Below are positions 10,033 to 18,177 of a DNA stretch of 64,000 bases, one piece after another. The position numbers were made by a program, and so were the translations under genes. Every line of letters begins with the position of its first letter. Within the stretch, counting starts at the first letter, position 1. The notes beneath the pieces are model-generated. The model was not told the DNA's origin. It saw only the letters and a list, made by a program, of their open reading frames with translations, and ran no database searches. The DNA comes from Candidatus Binatia bacterium (GTDB lineage Bacteria > Desulfobacterota > Binatia > UBA9968 > CAXXLF01): positions 800,001-864,000 of the forward strand of contig CAXXLF010000002.1 of the NCBI GenBank assembly GCA_963664015.2, in the 5' to 3' direction.

Positions 10033-10362
10033 CTAAACAAAATCGACTTCGTTTTCAGCCAGTGTTTTATCTCGCCTCAATTTACGAAACTTTGCATCAC
10101 TCTGGCGCCATTCGTCATCACTCGCACGTAGCTCGGCCAACGCTTCATCGGGCTGGCGCTTCGTGCCACCATCATTCGGGCGCTCTTTACCATCATTCGG
10201 ACGTACCTCAGTCGACACCTTATCGAGCTGGCGCTTCGTGTTGGACTTACTCGCGGTGCTCTGGGTAGTCGGGGCACTCGGGGAGGTCGCGCTGGTAGAG
10301 CAAGCGACAGCCCCGATTAATAGGCCGAAAAGCACTAAAACATCAAGATTACGCATGATCAC
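10033..10362 (-). CDS. Putative lipoprotein with short internal repeats, possibly truncated
   Basis: Signal peptide with AVAC lipobox, Ser/Thr-rich linker, RPNDG twice and TKRQ(L/P)D twice. Confidence 0.45.
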   Translation of the reverse strand: MIMRNLDVLVLFGLLIGAVACSTSATSPSAPTTQSTASKSNTKRQLDKVSTEVRPNDGKERPNDGGTKRQPDEALAELRASDDEWRQSDAKFRKLRRDKTLAENEVDFV

Positions 10363-10680
10363 TCAGGTCCAATGATAGATAGACCCTAAGGAGAAATCAA
10401 TTGTGATCCATGCCCTACCTTGTAAGTAAACGATATCGGAACCGAGGGTTTTATGTCAATCCGAGTTGGGATTTCGTGAAACCTGAACAATCCCCTGTAA
10501 GACAATAGGTTATAGGTAACAAGAGGGGATTCCATTTGGCCTAAAAGACGGAGAATTGACATGTTTTTGATGGGATTACTGGTAGTGTTGAGCATGTTCT
10601 TCGCCCCGGAGGCAATCCGTAAGAATCACCATCAAAACTTTCACAATTACAGTAAATGTGGATGAAATACTGCGGCAGAT

Positions 10681-10957
10681 AAAAGGCCGTGCTTCAAAAG
10701 AAACACGGCCTTTTTAGAACTGGCTCCCCTTCGTGGACGCATTTCGAACCCTATTGCTCAGGCCAACGCCTGAGATAGAAGAGCTCTTCCGCGATCTTAG
10801 AAAATCAGGTTAGATAGTTCCAAACGAACAGTAAGGGCGGCCCAGGAGGGTCGGGAAATTGTTAAATCTAGTTAGACCGGAGCTGCTCTGGGCTTAAATT
10901 TGCTCGCTATTGGACCCCAGGATCAATTGTCCCGTTAATTAAATGCGTCTTACGGCC
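10681..10957 (+). repeat. Cassette junction J2 (best-preserved copy)
   Basis: AAAAGGCCGTG..CACGGCCTTTTT hairpin, TGGCTCCCC at 10721, stub WLPFVDAFRTLLLRPTPEIEELFRDLRKSG* (10721-10813), arm 10851-10957. Confidence 0.85.
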
Positions 10958-11010
10958 TAGCGACAATCCGTGAATCTCACCGAGATAGACAACAACCACA
11001 TCTTCAGGCG

Positions 11011-12762
11011 CTAATCCCCGGCCCTTTCAATTCTTTCTGGAGGGGGTTTGAAAACGTCATATCGGCCGAGGATCTCCACTCTCATGCTAGGGTTGTGAAA
11101 ATTTGAATCCAGCTCAGCCTCATTTTTGATGGTAAGCAGATGCTCAATCTTGGCCTCCATATCTTTACCCGAGGCCATATTCGCTTCGCCTAAGTCTTCG
11201 TCAACATCATAGGAACGGACCCAATCGAAACTGTAATAGGCGTCCACAAATTGAGGGTCAAGATCCATGGCTCTCGTGGCAAGGGTAATGCCTTCTCTGA
11301 ACTTCCCGCCCCAATTGGCCAGCATGGCCAGGTTCATAAGGGCATCAGCGTGGGCTTCGCGATCCACCTGTGACATCTTGATTTTCTCGATCGACTCCAT
11401 TCCTCCTTCTGTCATTGGACGAGGCGCACGAACCAGTCCGCTTTTGATAATTTCATCCATTATTTCAAGTGCCAGTATCTTGTGGCCTTCTATGGTCGGA
11501 TGGACATGGTCCAAAAACCACTCCTCCCCTGTTATACCTTCGGGGGACCTCTCCGTAATGATCGAATCAAAATCGACAACTGGGACATTCATCTCATGGC
11601 CAATATCATTGACCGAAGTACCCAAGGCAGATATCGCCCGTAATGGACATACATCCTCATCTATGGCTTTTCGGTAAGCCGCCTTTGCTTCTCCATATCT
11701 TCCCAAAGAAAAGAGGATGTCCCCTTTTAATGCGAAGGTATGAGCATACCGAGGGTCTAATATTTCAGCGTTCAATATATGAATAAGCGCTTCTTCAAAC
11801 TCTTTTTGCCGGACCAATTCCAGGGCCCATGCATAGTTTCGTATCCACTCCTCTAAAGCTGGCTTTCCTAAGTCATCTCTATGTTGTGATTTAAAGGGCG
11901 CTTCATGCCGCATTTTTGAAGCCGGGGTCACCAGAATAATCTTGGAATCAACCGATCGGGCAAGCCTGATGATTCTTGTCAGGTTAAATCTAAAATGAGC
12001 GACGACGTCCTTTTTGTGCTCCTCATCTCTTGTATAGTCGTGAGGTCCAACAGATTGGTCCAGGATCGGATTGACCTCTTTGGAAAGCTTGTGAACATAC
12101 CCTACTTTACCCTTTTCACTTGACCAATACCCGATAATATTATTCAAAAGGGAATAGATCCGTAACTTGGAGGCGAGGGTTCCAAGATCTCGTAGAACCA
12201 TTGGTAGCCCAAGTATTTTTGAATAGGTCCTTCGTTCCAGGAATTCATTATGCCCCGTGTAGACAACCACCAGGTCGGGTTCATATTGAATAAGCTCGTC
12301 CATGAGTAGCACAATCCGGTAGCTGGCATAACTGACGCCACCGGCGTTGATGACCTCCCATTGATGCTCCCGGTCTACGTAATTGAGAAAATCTTCAAGC
12401 CAGCTACAAAAAGAGGTACGGGGCGAGTACGGTCTTCCATAGATGGTGAATCCGCCTACACAAAAGACACGCAATGTATTTGCGGATTTCATCTTTGTGA
12501 ATGACTCATTAGGAAACAACTCAAGCTTTTTAGGGTGAGTAATCATAACGGGAATGTTCCCCCCGTTCTTGATGAAGACGGAGTCGGTGAAGAGCCTCTC
12601 CTGGGAGCTAAAACCGACAAACGGGTCCTGACTGCTTTCCCCTTTGGGAATATCAAAAATTGTCAAAACACCTTCCACGAGAAGAAAAAACAGCGAACAG
12701 GTAATGGCGCTAAAAGCAATGAGTTTGGGTTTTGATAGAGGATAGGGGTTTGTTGAATTCAT
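11011..12762 (-). CDS. Membrane-anchored SGNH/GDSL hydrolase-like protein with TPR repeats (SxtL-like position)
   Basis: N-terminal TM helix, CVGGFTIYG (block I), NAGG.SYAS, GHNE, DHVHP and TPR-like helices; start moved to the ATG at 12762 with an AAGGA RBS. Confidence 0.75.
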   Translation of the reverse strand: MNSTNPYPLSKPKLIAFSAITCSLFFLLVEGVLTIFDIPKGESSQDPFVGFSSQERLFTDSVFIKNGGNIPVMITHPKKLELFPNESFTKMKSANTLRVFCVGGFTIYGRPYSPRTSFCSWLEDFLNYVDREHQWEVINAGGVSYASYRIVLLMDELIQYEPDLVVVYTGHNEFLERRTYSKILGLPMVLRDLGTLASKLRIYSLLNNIIGYWSSEKGKVGYVHKLSKEVNPILDQSVGPHDYTRDEEHKKDVVAHFRFNLTRIIRLARSVDSKIILVTPASKMRHEAPFKSQHRDDLGKPALEEWIRNYAWALELVRQKEFEEALIHILNAEILDPRYAHTFALKGDILFSLGRYGEAKAAYRKAIDEDVCPLRAISALGTSVNDIGHEMNVPVVDFDSIITERSPEGITGEEWFLDHVHPTIEGHKILALEIMDEIIKSGLVRAPRPMTEGGMESIEKIKMSQVDREAHADALMNLAMLANWGGKFREGITLATRAMDLDPQFVDAYYSFDWVRSYDVDEDLGEANMASGKDMEAKIEHLLTIKNEAELDSNFHNPSMRVEILGRYDVFKPPPERIERAGD

Positions 12763-12791
12763 TGACTGAATCCTTGAAAGTAGTCGTTCAA

Positions 12792-12971
12792 TTAAAAAAG
12801 CGTATAGATAAATGGGGCTACAGCCGAACTTTGGGCGAAAATGACCAGCCCAGCGAAAAGCAAAAGGATCAAAATCATTGGCGTCAACCACCACCACTTG
12901 TGCTGCCAAAAGAACATAAGAAGTTCGCCCATGATACCCATGCGACTAGCTAAACTTTCAACAAACCGCAT
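12792..12971 (-). CDS. DUF5989 / SxtK-like small membrane protein, 59 aa (not in the ORF track)
   Basis: MRFVESLASRMGIMGELLMFFWQHKWWWLTPMILILLLFAGLVIFAQSSAVAPFIYTLF*, ending in the family APFIYTLF motif; GAGGAGG RBS. Confidence 0.88.
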   Translation of the reverse strand: MRFVESLASRMGIMGELLMFFWQHKWWWLTPMILILLLFAGLVIFAQSSAVAPFIYTLF

Positions 12972-12984
12972 GTACGTTTCCTCC

Positions 12985-14775
12985 TCAACTTAAGCCTTGA
13001 GGCTTTTCAATCACATATTCCCCCAGAGCTAGAATGTCCATTCCACTTTGGCTGAACGTCCGAAAAGCTTCCTGGGGCGTGTTGACAATCGGCTCGCCCT
13101 TCAGGTTGAAAGAGGTGTTTAGCACTATTGGAACGCCGGTAGCTTGTCCAAAGTTCTCGATCAGCCGGTAAAATTTCGGGTTCACTTCTTTCTGAACTGT
13201 CTGAAGCCTTCCTGTGCCATCCACGTGTGTGATGGCAGGGATGGCCTCCCGCTTTCCTTCCCTTACGTCCACCACATAGAGCATGAAGCGAGCTGGATAG
13301 TGCCTTGGCGCGTCGGGCAGGACAAAGTACTCCTCTGCACACTCAGCCAATACAGAGGGAGCAAAAGGACGGAATGGCTCGCGGAACTTGATCTTGACGT
13401 TAACGATATCCTTCATATCGGCACGCCTCGGATCGGCCAGAATGCTCCGATTCCCCAGCGCTCGAGGGCCCCATTCAAACCGATCCTGGAACCACCCTAC
13501 GACCTTTCCGGATTGAAGTTCTCCAACAATCCGCTCTATCAACTTCTCCTCACTGTCGAACCGCCGATAACGGATACCCTTCTCTTTCAGGAACTTTTCG
13601 ATCTCGCCAGGACCGTGCTCCTCTCCCCAGTAGGCATGCGACATAACGAACTTACGCGGCTTACCCAGAATGGCATGATGAGCATAGAGAGCTGCTCCGA
13701 TAGCCCCACCTCCGTCACCGGCTGAGAGCTGGATGTAGATTTGCTCGAAGGGGGTCTCTTCAAGAATTCGCGCGTTGGCTACGCTATTCAGAGCTACTCC
13801 ACCAGCCATACAAAGCCTCTTCACGCCAGTCTCCTCGTACACATTTCGTGCCATCCTGAGCAGAACATCCTCTGTCACAGCCTGAATACTTGCGGCAACA
13901 TCCGCATAATATTGATTTAACTTCCCCAGCTCTTCATAGTTCCCCGGCTTTTCGCCGAAGTACGAAGGATAGCCACCCGCCGGCGTGAAAAAAGGGGCTT
14001 TGGGATCTCTTGAGGGACCAAAAAGGGCCTCAAATTTTCCATTAAACGTATTCTCTGTGGAGTAATGAAAGGAAAAATAGTCCATGTTGATTTCAAAGCT
14101 GCCGTCACATGCCACCCGGATGAGTTTGTAAATTTTGTCTTGATATCTCGGCGTGCCAAAAGGGGCCATCCCCATAACCTTATATTCCCCTTCGTTTACC
14201 TCAAATCCCAGAAATGCCGTAAACGCGCTATAGAGAAGCCCTAGAGAATCGGGAAAACGAATCTCTTTGAGCAGTTTTAAATCCGTACCCTTCCCTAGTC
14301 CAAGGCTAGCCGTTGTCCACTCTCCTACTCCATCCACTGTCAGTATGGCTGCGTCCTCAAAGGGGGAACAGAAAAAAGAGCTGGCCGCGTGGGAGAGGTG
14401 GTGTTCGCTGAAGAGAATCCTGGACGGTGGCACTCTGAGCCGTGTTCGAATGAGATGCTTGATCCAGAGCTTATCTCCTAGCCAGCTGGTCATCGCCTGT
14501 CTGAAAAGGCGATGGGATCGGGGAAAGGTTTGCATGCTGGTTAAGATGAGTCGTTCAAACTTAATAAAAAGCTTCTCGAAAAAGGCTACATAGTCCAGTT
14601 CTTCCGCCCGGATTCCACCAACTCCTAGACAGAAATCAATGGCATGCTGAGGGAACTCATAGTCGTGCTTCTTGCGTGTGAACCGCTCCTCCTCGGCTGC
14701 AGCAATCAGCTGCCCGTCGCGTAGTAACGCGGCTGCGGCATCGTGGAAGTAACAGGAGATGCCTAAGATATCCAT
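12985..14775 (-). CDS. O-carbamoyltransferase (NodU/CmcH/SxtI family)
   Basis: ILGISCYFHDAAA, EEERFTR.KH, EHHLSHAAS, GEYKVMG.AP, GPRALGNRS, KFRE.FRPFAP, NTSFN. Confidence 0.92.
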   Translation of the reverse strand: MDILGISCYFHDAAAALLRDGQLIAAAEEERFTRKKHDYEFPQHAIDFCLGVGGIRAEELDYVAFFEKLFIKFERLILTSMQTFPRSHRLFRQAMTSWLGDKLWIKHLIRTRLRVPPSRILFSEHHLSHAASSFFCSPFEDAAILTVDGVGEWTTASLGLGKGTDLKLLKEIRFPDSLGLLYSAFTAFLGFEVNEGEYKVMGMAPFGTPRYQDKIYKLIRVACDGSFEINMDYFSFHYSTENTFNGKFEALFGPSRDPKAPFFTPAGGYPSYFGEKPGNYEELGKLNQYYADVAASIQAVTEDVLLRMARNVYEETGVKRLCMAGGVALNSVANARILEETPFEQIYIQLSAGDGGGAIGAALYAHHAILGKPRKFVMSHAYWGEEHGPGEIEKFLKEKGIRYRRFDSEEKLIERIVGELQSGKVVGWFQDRFEWGPRALGNRSILADPRRADMKDIVNVKIKFREPFRPFAPSVLAECAEEYFVLPDAPRHYPARFMLYVVDVREGKREAIPAITHVDGTGRLQTVQKEVNPKFYRLIENFGQATGVPIVLNTSFNLKGEPIVNTPQEAFRTFSQSGMDILALGEYVIEKPQGLS

Positions 14776-15036
14776 CAGAATTGCCTACCAGCGCGCTCTT
14801 CCGGGGTATCCTTGTTTTCCCCCCTGACCCGCCACCCCCCTTGGGCTACCATTCTTGATGGCTAGAGGGTCACAAAGCCAGCGTACTGCTAGGGCGAATG
14901 GCGCAAAAACAACGTAGTAGAAAAAGCTTAAAAGCGCTTGCGCCTGGAGGTCGCCTATCTTCTTCCCGACTCGCCTCCACCACTGCCAGAAGCTCCCCAC
15001 CGCCCCGGCTATGCTACTCCCTTCTCGTTCAGCCAT
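14774..15036 (-). pseudogene. SxtJ-like membrane protein with a +1 frameshift in a G6 run
   Basis: WQWW...IGDLQ...LLSFFYY...PFAL...DPL; removing one G at 14835-14840 restores ...GWRVRGENKDTPEERAGRQF*, whose stop overlaps the next ATG. Confidence 0.65.
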
Positions 15037-15423
15037 GAATGATTTCCATTTGTTCAGAAGTGAAAATAATAAGGAGCTCTTTTTGAGGCAAGGCCAACAA
15101 GAACCCAAGAATTCTCCTAACGCCACTTTTCATAACTATTAAGCCGGAACACCCCTGGCAAAAAATCGCCAAAGCTGTTGGGTTTCTTTTACTCTCTCAC
15201 GGAAGCCGATTTCTGGTCCCCTTGTTTAGTTTTCACTCTTCACTAGAAACTCTATAATAAATCGGCTGAGGTTACTATGAGACCCCCAATTATCACACTG
15301 GAAAGCGTTTGTCGATTTTCCCAAGGCTTCAATAACACTTCAATTATGCCCTTCAACGAGCAGACTCCATTCACCGGTTTCTTCCCTAGGGATTAGCTAG
15401 CTTGCTCGGCTTCACAATGGCAG

Positions 15424-15712
15424 GTGGAATGGTGGGACACCGAAAAAAAGGCCGCGCTTCCAAAGAAACGCAGCCTTCAATAACTGGCTTCCCTTTGTGG
15501 ACGGTTTTAGAACTCTGTGTACCGTACCACCAGTCGGGATTGCAGAGCGTCTCGGAGAGCTTGGACAAGCCGGTCTTACATGCGGAGCAGACTGATCGAT
15601 CCGAAGGCTAACGATTAAAAGAGACTGCAGCCTATTAAAAACCAATACGAAATTGTAAGTCCACCTGGATCCAAATCCAACCGTAACCCCTTCAACGAGC
15701 CGCTTGAGAGCT
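15424..15712 (+). repeat. Cassette junction J1
   Basis: AAAAAAAGGCCGCG..CGCAGCCTT hairpin, TGGCTTCCC at 15485, stub WLPFVDGFRTLCTVPPVGIAERL...* (15485-15595), patchy match to the arm. Confidence 0.8.
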
Positions 15713-15868
15713 TTCGCCCTTCTTAGAAGGCGACTACAGCTAAAATAGATTTTCCTATTAAATTCGTTCTCATCGGTGGGGCTCCGGCCCTTCTGAGCGA
15801 CACTGTAAAACACGTAACCACAGATATCGATATTGTGAATTCTCGACTTTCCCTACAATGTGGACTAC

Positions 15869-15890
15869 CATAGCTATTAGCATAGCTATG
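15869..15890. promoter_or_regulatory. Putative toxin-antitoxin autoregulation operator
   Basis: Tandem CATAGCTAT(T/G) palindromes just after a TACAAT -10 box and before the RHH antitoxin gene. Confidence 0.5.
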
Positions 15891-15905
15891 CCGAAAGGTG
15901 AAATT

Positions 15906-16139
15906 ATGAAGACGGTGCAAATGACGCTGGACGAGGATCTCGTTAAAGCAGTGGACAGGGCTGCTAAACGACTTGGCACCACTCGGTCGGGCTTCGCGCG
16001 GGACGCGCTCCGCTCGGCTCTTAAGCACGTGCACATTGCGGAATTGGAACGAAAACATCGCGAAGGGTACCAGCGCAAGCCAGTTAAGCCAGGGGAGTTC
16101 AGCAACTGGGAATTGGAACAGGCCTGGGCTGAGGAGTGA
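15906..16139 (+). CDS. Ribbon-helix-helix (CopG-like) antitoxin
   Basis: MKTVQMTLDEDLVKAVDRAAKRLGTTRSGFARDAL RHH pattern; stop overlaps the toxin start (GTGA). Confidence 0.85.
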   Translation: MKTVQMTLDEDLVKAVDRAAKRLGTTRSGFARDALRSALKHVHIAELERKHREGYQRKPVKPGEFSNWELEQAWAEE

Positions 16140-16447
16140 AGAGAGGTGAGGTTAGGTGGTACAAGGTTTCCCGGCCTGACAAGCAGAGACCGATTCTGAT
16201 CCTCACGAGGGACTCCGCTCTCGAATACCTTGGGGAGGTTACTGTAGCTCCTATCACGTCAACAATCCGAGATATTCCCTCGGAAGTCTTGTTGAGCAAA
16301 GCAGATGGCATGCCTCGGGACTGCGCTGTGAACCTTGATCACATCCAGACCGTCTCAAAGACTAAAATTAGTTCCTTGATTACAACACTCAGTCCTAGGA
16401 AGATGCTTGAGCTGCGCTCAGCCCTCACCTTTGCCCTGGGCTTTTAG
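16136..16447 (+). CDS. mazF: PemK/MazF family endoribonuclease toxin
   Basis: MKRGEV.W...DK.RP.LILTR, VAPITSTIR, VNLDHIQTV. Confidence 0.88.
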   Translation: MKRGEVRWYKVSRPDKQRPILILTRDSALEYLGEVTVAPITSTIRDIPSEVLLSKADGMPRDCAVNLDHIQTVSKTKISSLITTLSPRKMLELRSALTFALGF

Positions 16448-16593
16448 GAATCCATTCCTCGCTTGCAGAGTTGGAATAACTGATTGCTCAGCAATCGGTG
16501 CCAGGCTTCACCATCGGGAAAGTGTTAGCGAGCACGCCCGCTATGGCTCGCCCTCTCGGCGGTCTCGGAGGAGGGGATAGAATACTACGACAC

Positions 16594-16629
16594 AAAAAAG
16601 GGCCGCGCCTCTTAAGAAACGCGGCCCTT
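16594..16629 (-). terminator. tRNA-Asn terminator hairpin (junction J0)
   Basis: Minus strand AAGGGCCGCG..CGCGGCCCTTTTTT directly after the CCA end. Confidence 0.8.
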
Positions 16630-16636
16630 CCAACAC

Positions 16637-16712
16637 TGGCTCCCCGGGAGGGACTCGAACCCCCGACAAAGTGGTTAACAGCCACCTGCTCTACCAGCTG
16701 AGCTACCGGGGA
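16637..16712 (-). tRNA. tRNA-Asn (GTT)
   Basis: TCCCCGGTAGCTCAGCTGGTAGAGCAGGTGGCTGTTAACCACTTTGTCGGGGGTTCGAGTCCCTCCCGGGGAGCCA; 76 nt cloverleaf with encoded CCA. Confidence 0.97.
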
Positions 16713-16763
16713 AAATTATACGGTCAAACTGGTGAGATCCCCGCTCATTACTGCTTCAGCTCA

Positions 16764-16795
16764 ATCCTCCTGAGGCGGACCCGCCTCGGGCGGGA
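16764..16795. repeat. REP-like palindromic unit in the tRNA leader
   Basis: ATCCTCCTGAGGCGGA-CCCGCCTCGGGCGGGA tandem hairpins between a minus-strand TATAAT (16831-16836) and the tRNA. Confidence 0.45.
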
Positions 16796-16918
16796 ACTGA
16801 TCAGCGTAAGACTGAACCGGGTGTACTTAGATTATATATCAATGTATCAGCAGATTTTCCACCCATGAGCGGGAGCGAAGAAGGAGCCTAGATACCGACA
16901 CCTTACGTCTCCACTTTC

Positions 16919-17407
16919 TCAGTTTCCGCTCGTGCCAGCCCCAAGGGCCTTCAACTCCTCGATCATCTTGTCGTGGTGAGTGGCCGGCCAGTAGATTCGC
17001 TGACAGCGCCGGCACAACGAAAAATTCTCCTGGGAAGAATAGACGTAGGGTGGTACCCGGTCCTGAACAGATTCCTTAGTGATCGCTTCGAGGACCCTGT
17101 TGCACTCCACGCAGCAAGTAAACGCCTTTTCCAATGGATTCAGGTCGCAGGCATCAACGACCTGTTTCAGCTGCTCGCGAAAATGATCGCTCTTGATAAT
17201 CATGGTGTCCGGCGGATTCTTTTTCAAGATGCTGCGGTCACGGGTAAGGATCAAGCGATTTTCCTTCCGTGCTAAATGAATCAATCCATGGCCTACCAGG
17301 TGTGAACCGTAAGCGACATCCTGGCCGAGGATGCGAAGCCACCGGGCCAGCCTGCCCAACGCCTTGTCCGCAGCAAATTTTACAACTTCATCTCGATGCT
17401 TGGCCAT
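16919..17407 (-). CDS. Mut7-C RNase domain protein (DUF82)
   Basis: F.AD..LGRLARWLRILG.D, LTRDR, C..CN, C.RC.RIYW.ATH. Confidence 0.88.
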   Translation of the reverse strand: MAKHRDEVVKFAADKALGRLARWLRILGQDVAYGSHLVGHGLIHLARKENRLILTRDRSILKKNPPDTMIIKSDHFREQLKQVVDACDLNPLEKAFTCCVECNRVLEAITKESVQDRVPPYVYSSQENFSLCRRCQRIYWPATHHDKMIEELKALGAGTSGN

Positions 17408-17509
17408 AAAAGATCCATTAAATTTGCGATTTGCCAAATTTGCTAAGAACGCCACCGATGATTACCATATAACGATCTCCACGCAATTGGGAAGAGGAGC
17501 CCAGCAAAA

Positions 17510-18177
17510 ATGACTAAAAAGGTTTGTCGGCTATTTGCTTATTTTGGAGCAACCCTAGGCCTTGTCCTAATCCTCCTCTATATTTGGATAGCTCCCCTGT
17601 TGGCGGCCTTCGGCGGCTTCCTCGTGAAGACCGACGACCCCACCCCGACGGCGGCCGTCGTGTTTCTAAGCACAGGGGTCGAATACTATCCCAGACTCAT
17701 TGAAGCCGCCTAGCTGTTCCGCGAAGGATACGCAGGAAAAGTAGTCATCAACGGGAATCGAAAGACAAAGGTCCTCCGCGAATTGAAAAAACAGGGCTTC
17801 ACTCCCGGTTGTCCATGGTACGAAAATTCACTTCGGATCCTTCCCCTCCTGGGTGTACCGAGGGACCGGGTCATGACCATCAGCGCGGAGGACGTCTACG
17901 ACACCGTCAGCGAATCGGAGGCTGTTGGCAAAGAACTGCTCAGAGCGGGAATGAAAAGTATCATTCTTACCACTAGCAAGTCGCGTACTCGAAGGCAAAG
18001 TTTATTTGGGAGCACAATTTCCCCAATCAGTTCTCCATACTGACAGTTGGCGCGCGCACCAACACCTATTCGGCTGCTGGATGGTGGAAAGAGGGCCGGC
18101 AGATCCGTTGGGTACTGGCAGAGCATGGCGCCTGGCTATACTTTTATTGGAAGATTAAATTCACTAGGGGTGACTAA
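17510..18177 (+). pseudogene. YdcF/DUF218 family protein, in-frame TAG at 17711 and frameshift near 17995
   Basis: TM + LVKTD.P..A.VV.LS.G...PRL.EAA*LFREGYA..V...G; T.SE.....ILTTSKS; C-terminus in a shifted frame. Confidence 0.75.

Larger units (their letters stand above)
5881..16636. mobile_element. Tandem array of three decayed islands/cassettes at the 3' end of tRNA-Asn; no integrase gene left
   Basis: Four homologous hairpin+TGGCTCCCC-like junctions (5881, 10721, 15485, 16637) bound unrelated accessory cargo. Confidence 0.7.

Noticed and set aside
10721-10760. Second functional tRNA or tmRNA-like gene at the junction copies
   Set aside because: Only the acceptor 3' strand with CCA and a GTTCGA-like word are present; no pairing T-stem, D-arm or anticodon arm
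12763-12909. N-terminal 49 aa of the 632-aa ORF
   Set aside because: Overlaps the DUF5989 gene in another frame; a better start with RBS is at 12762
11011-15036. Saxitoxin biosynthesis cluster
   Set aside because: Only the widespread I/J/K/L-like families are present; no sxtA, sxtG or sxtB core genes
5881-15485. Near-equal length of two cassettes (4840 and 4764 bp) as a packaging constraint
   Set aside because: At least one cassette contains a deletion scar and the third is 1.15 kb, so coincidence is likely
5844-16712. CRISPR array or classical integron attC array
   Set aside because: Repeats are kilobases apart and contain a tRNA 3' end; no cas or intI gene and no RYYYAAC..GTTRRRY attC structure
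16488-16868. Short ORFs overlapping tRNA-Asn
   Set aside because: They are translations of the tRNA and terminator sequence
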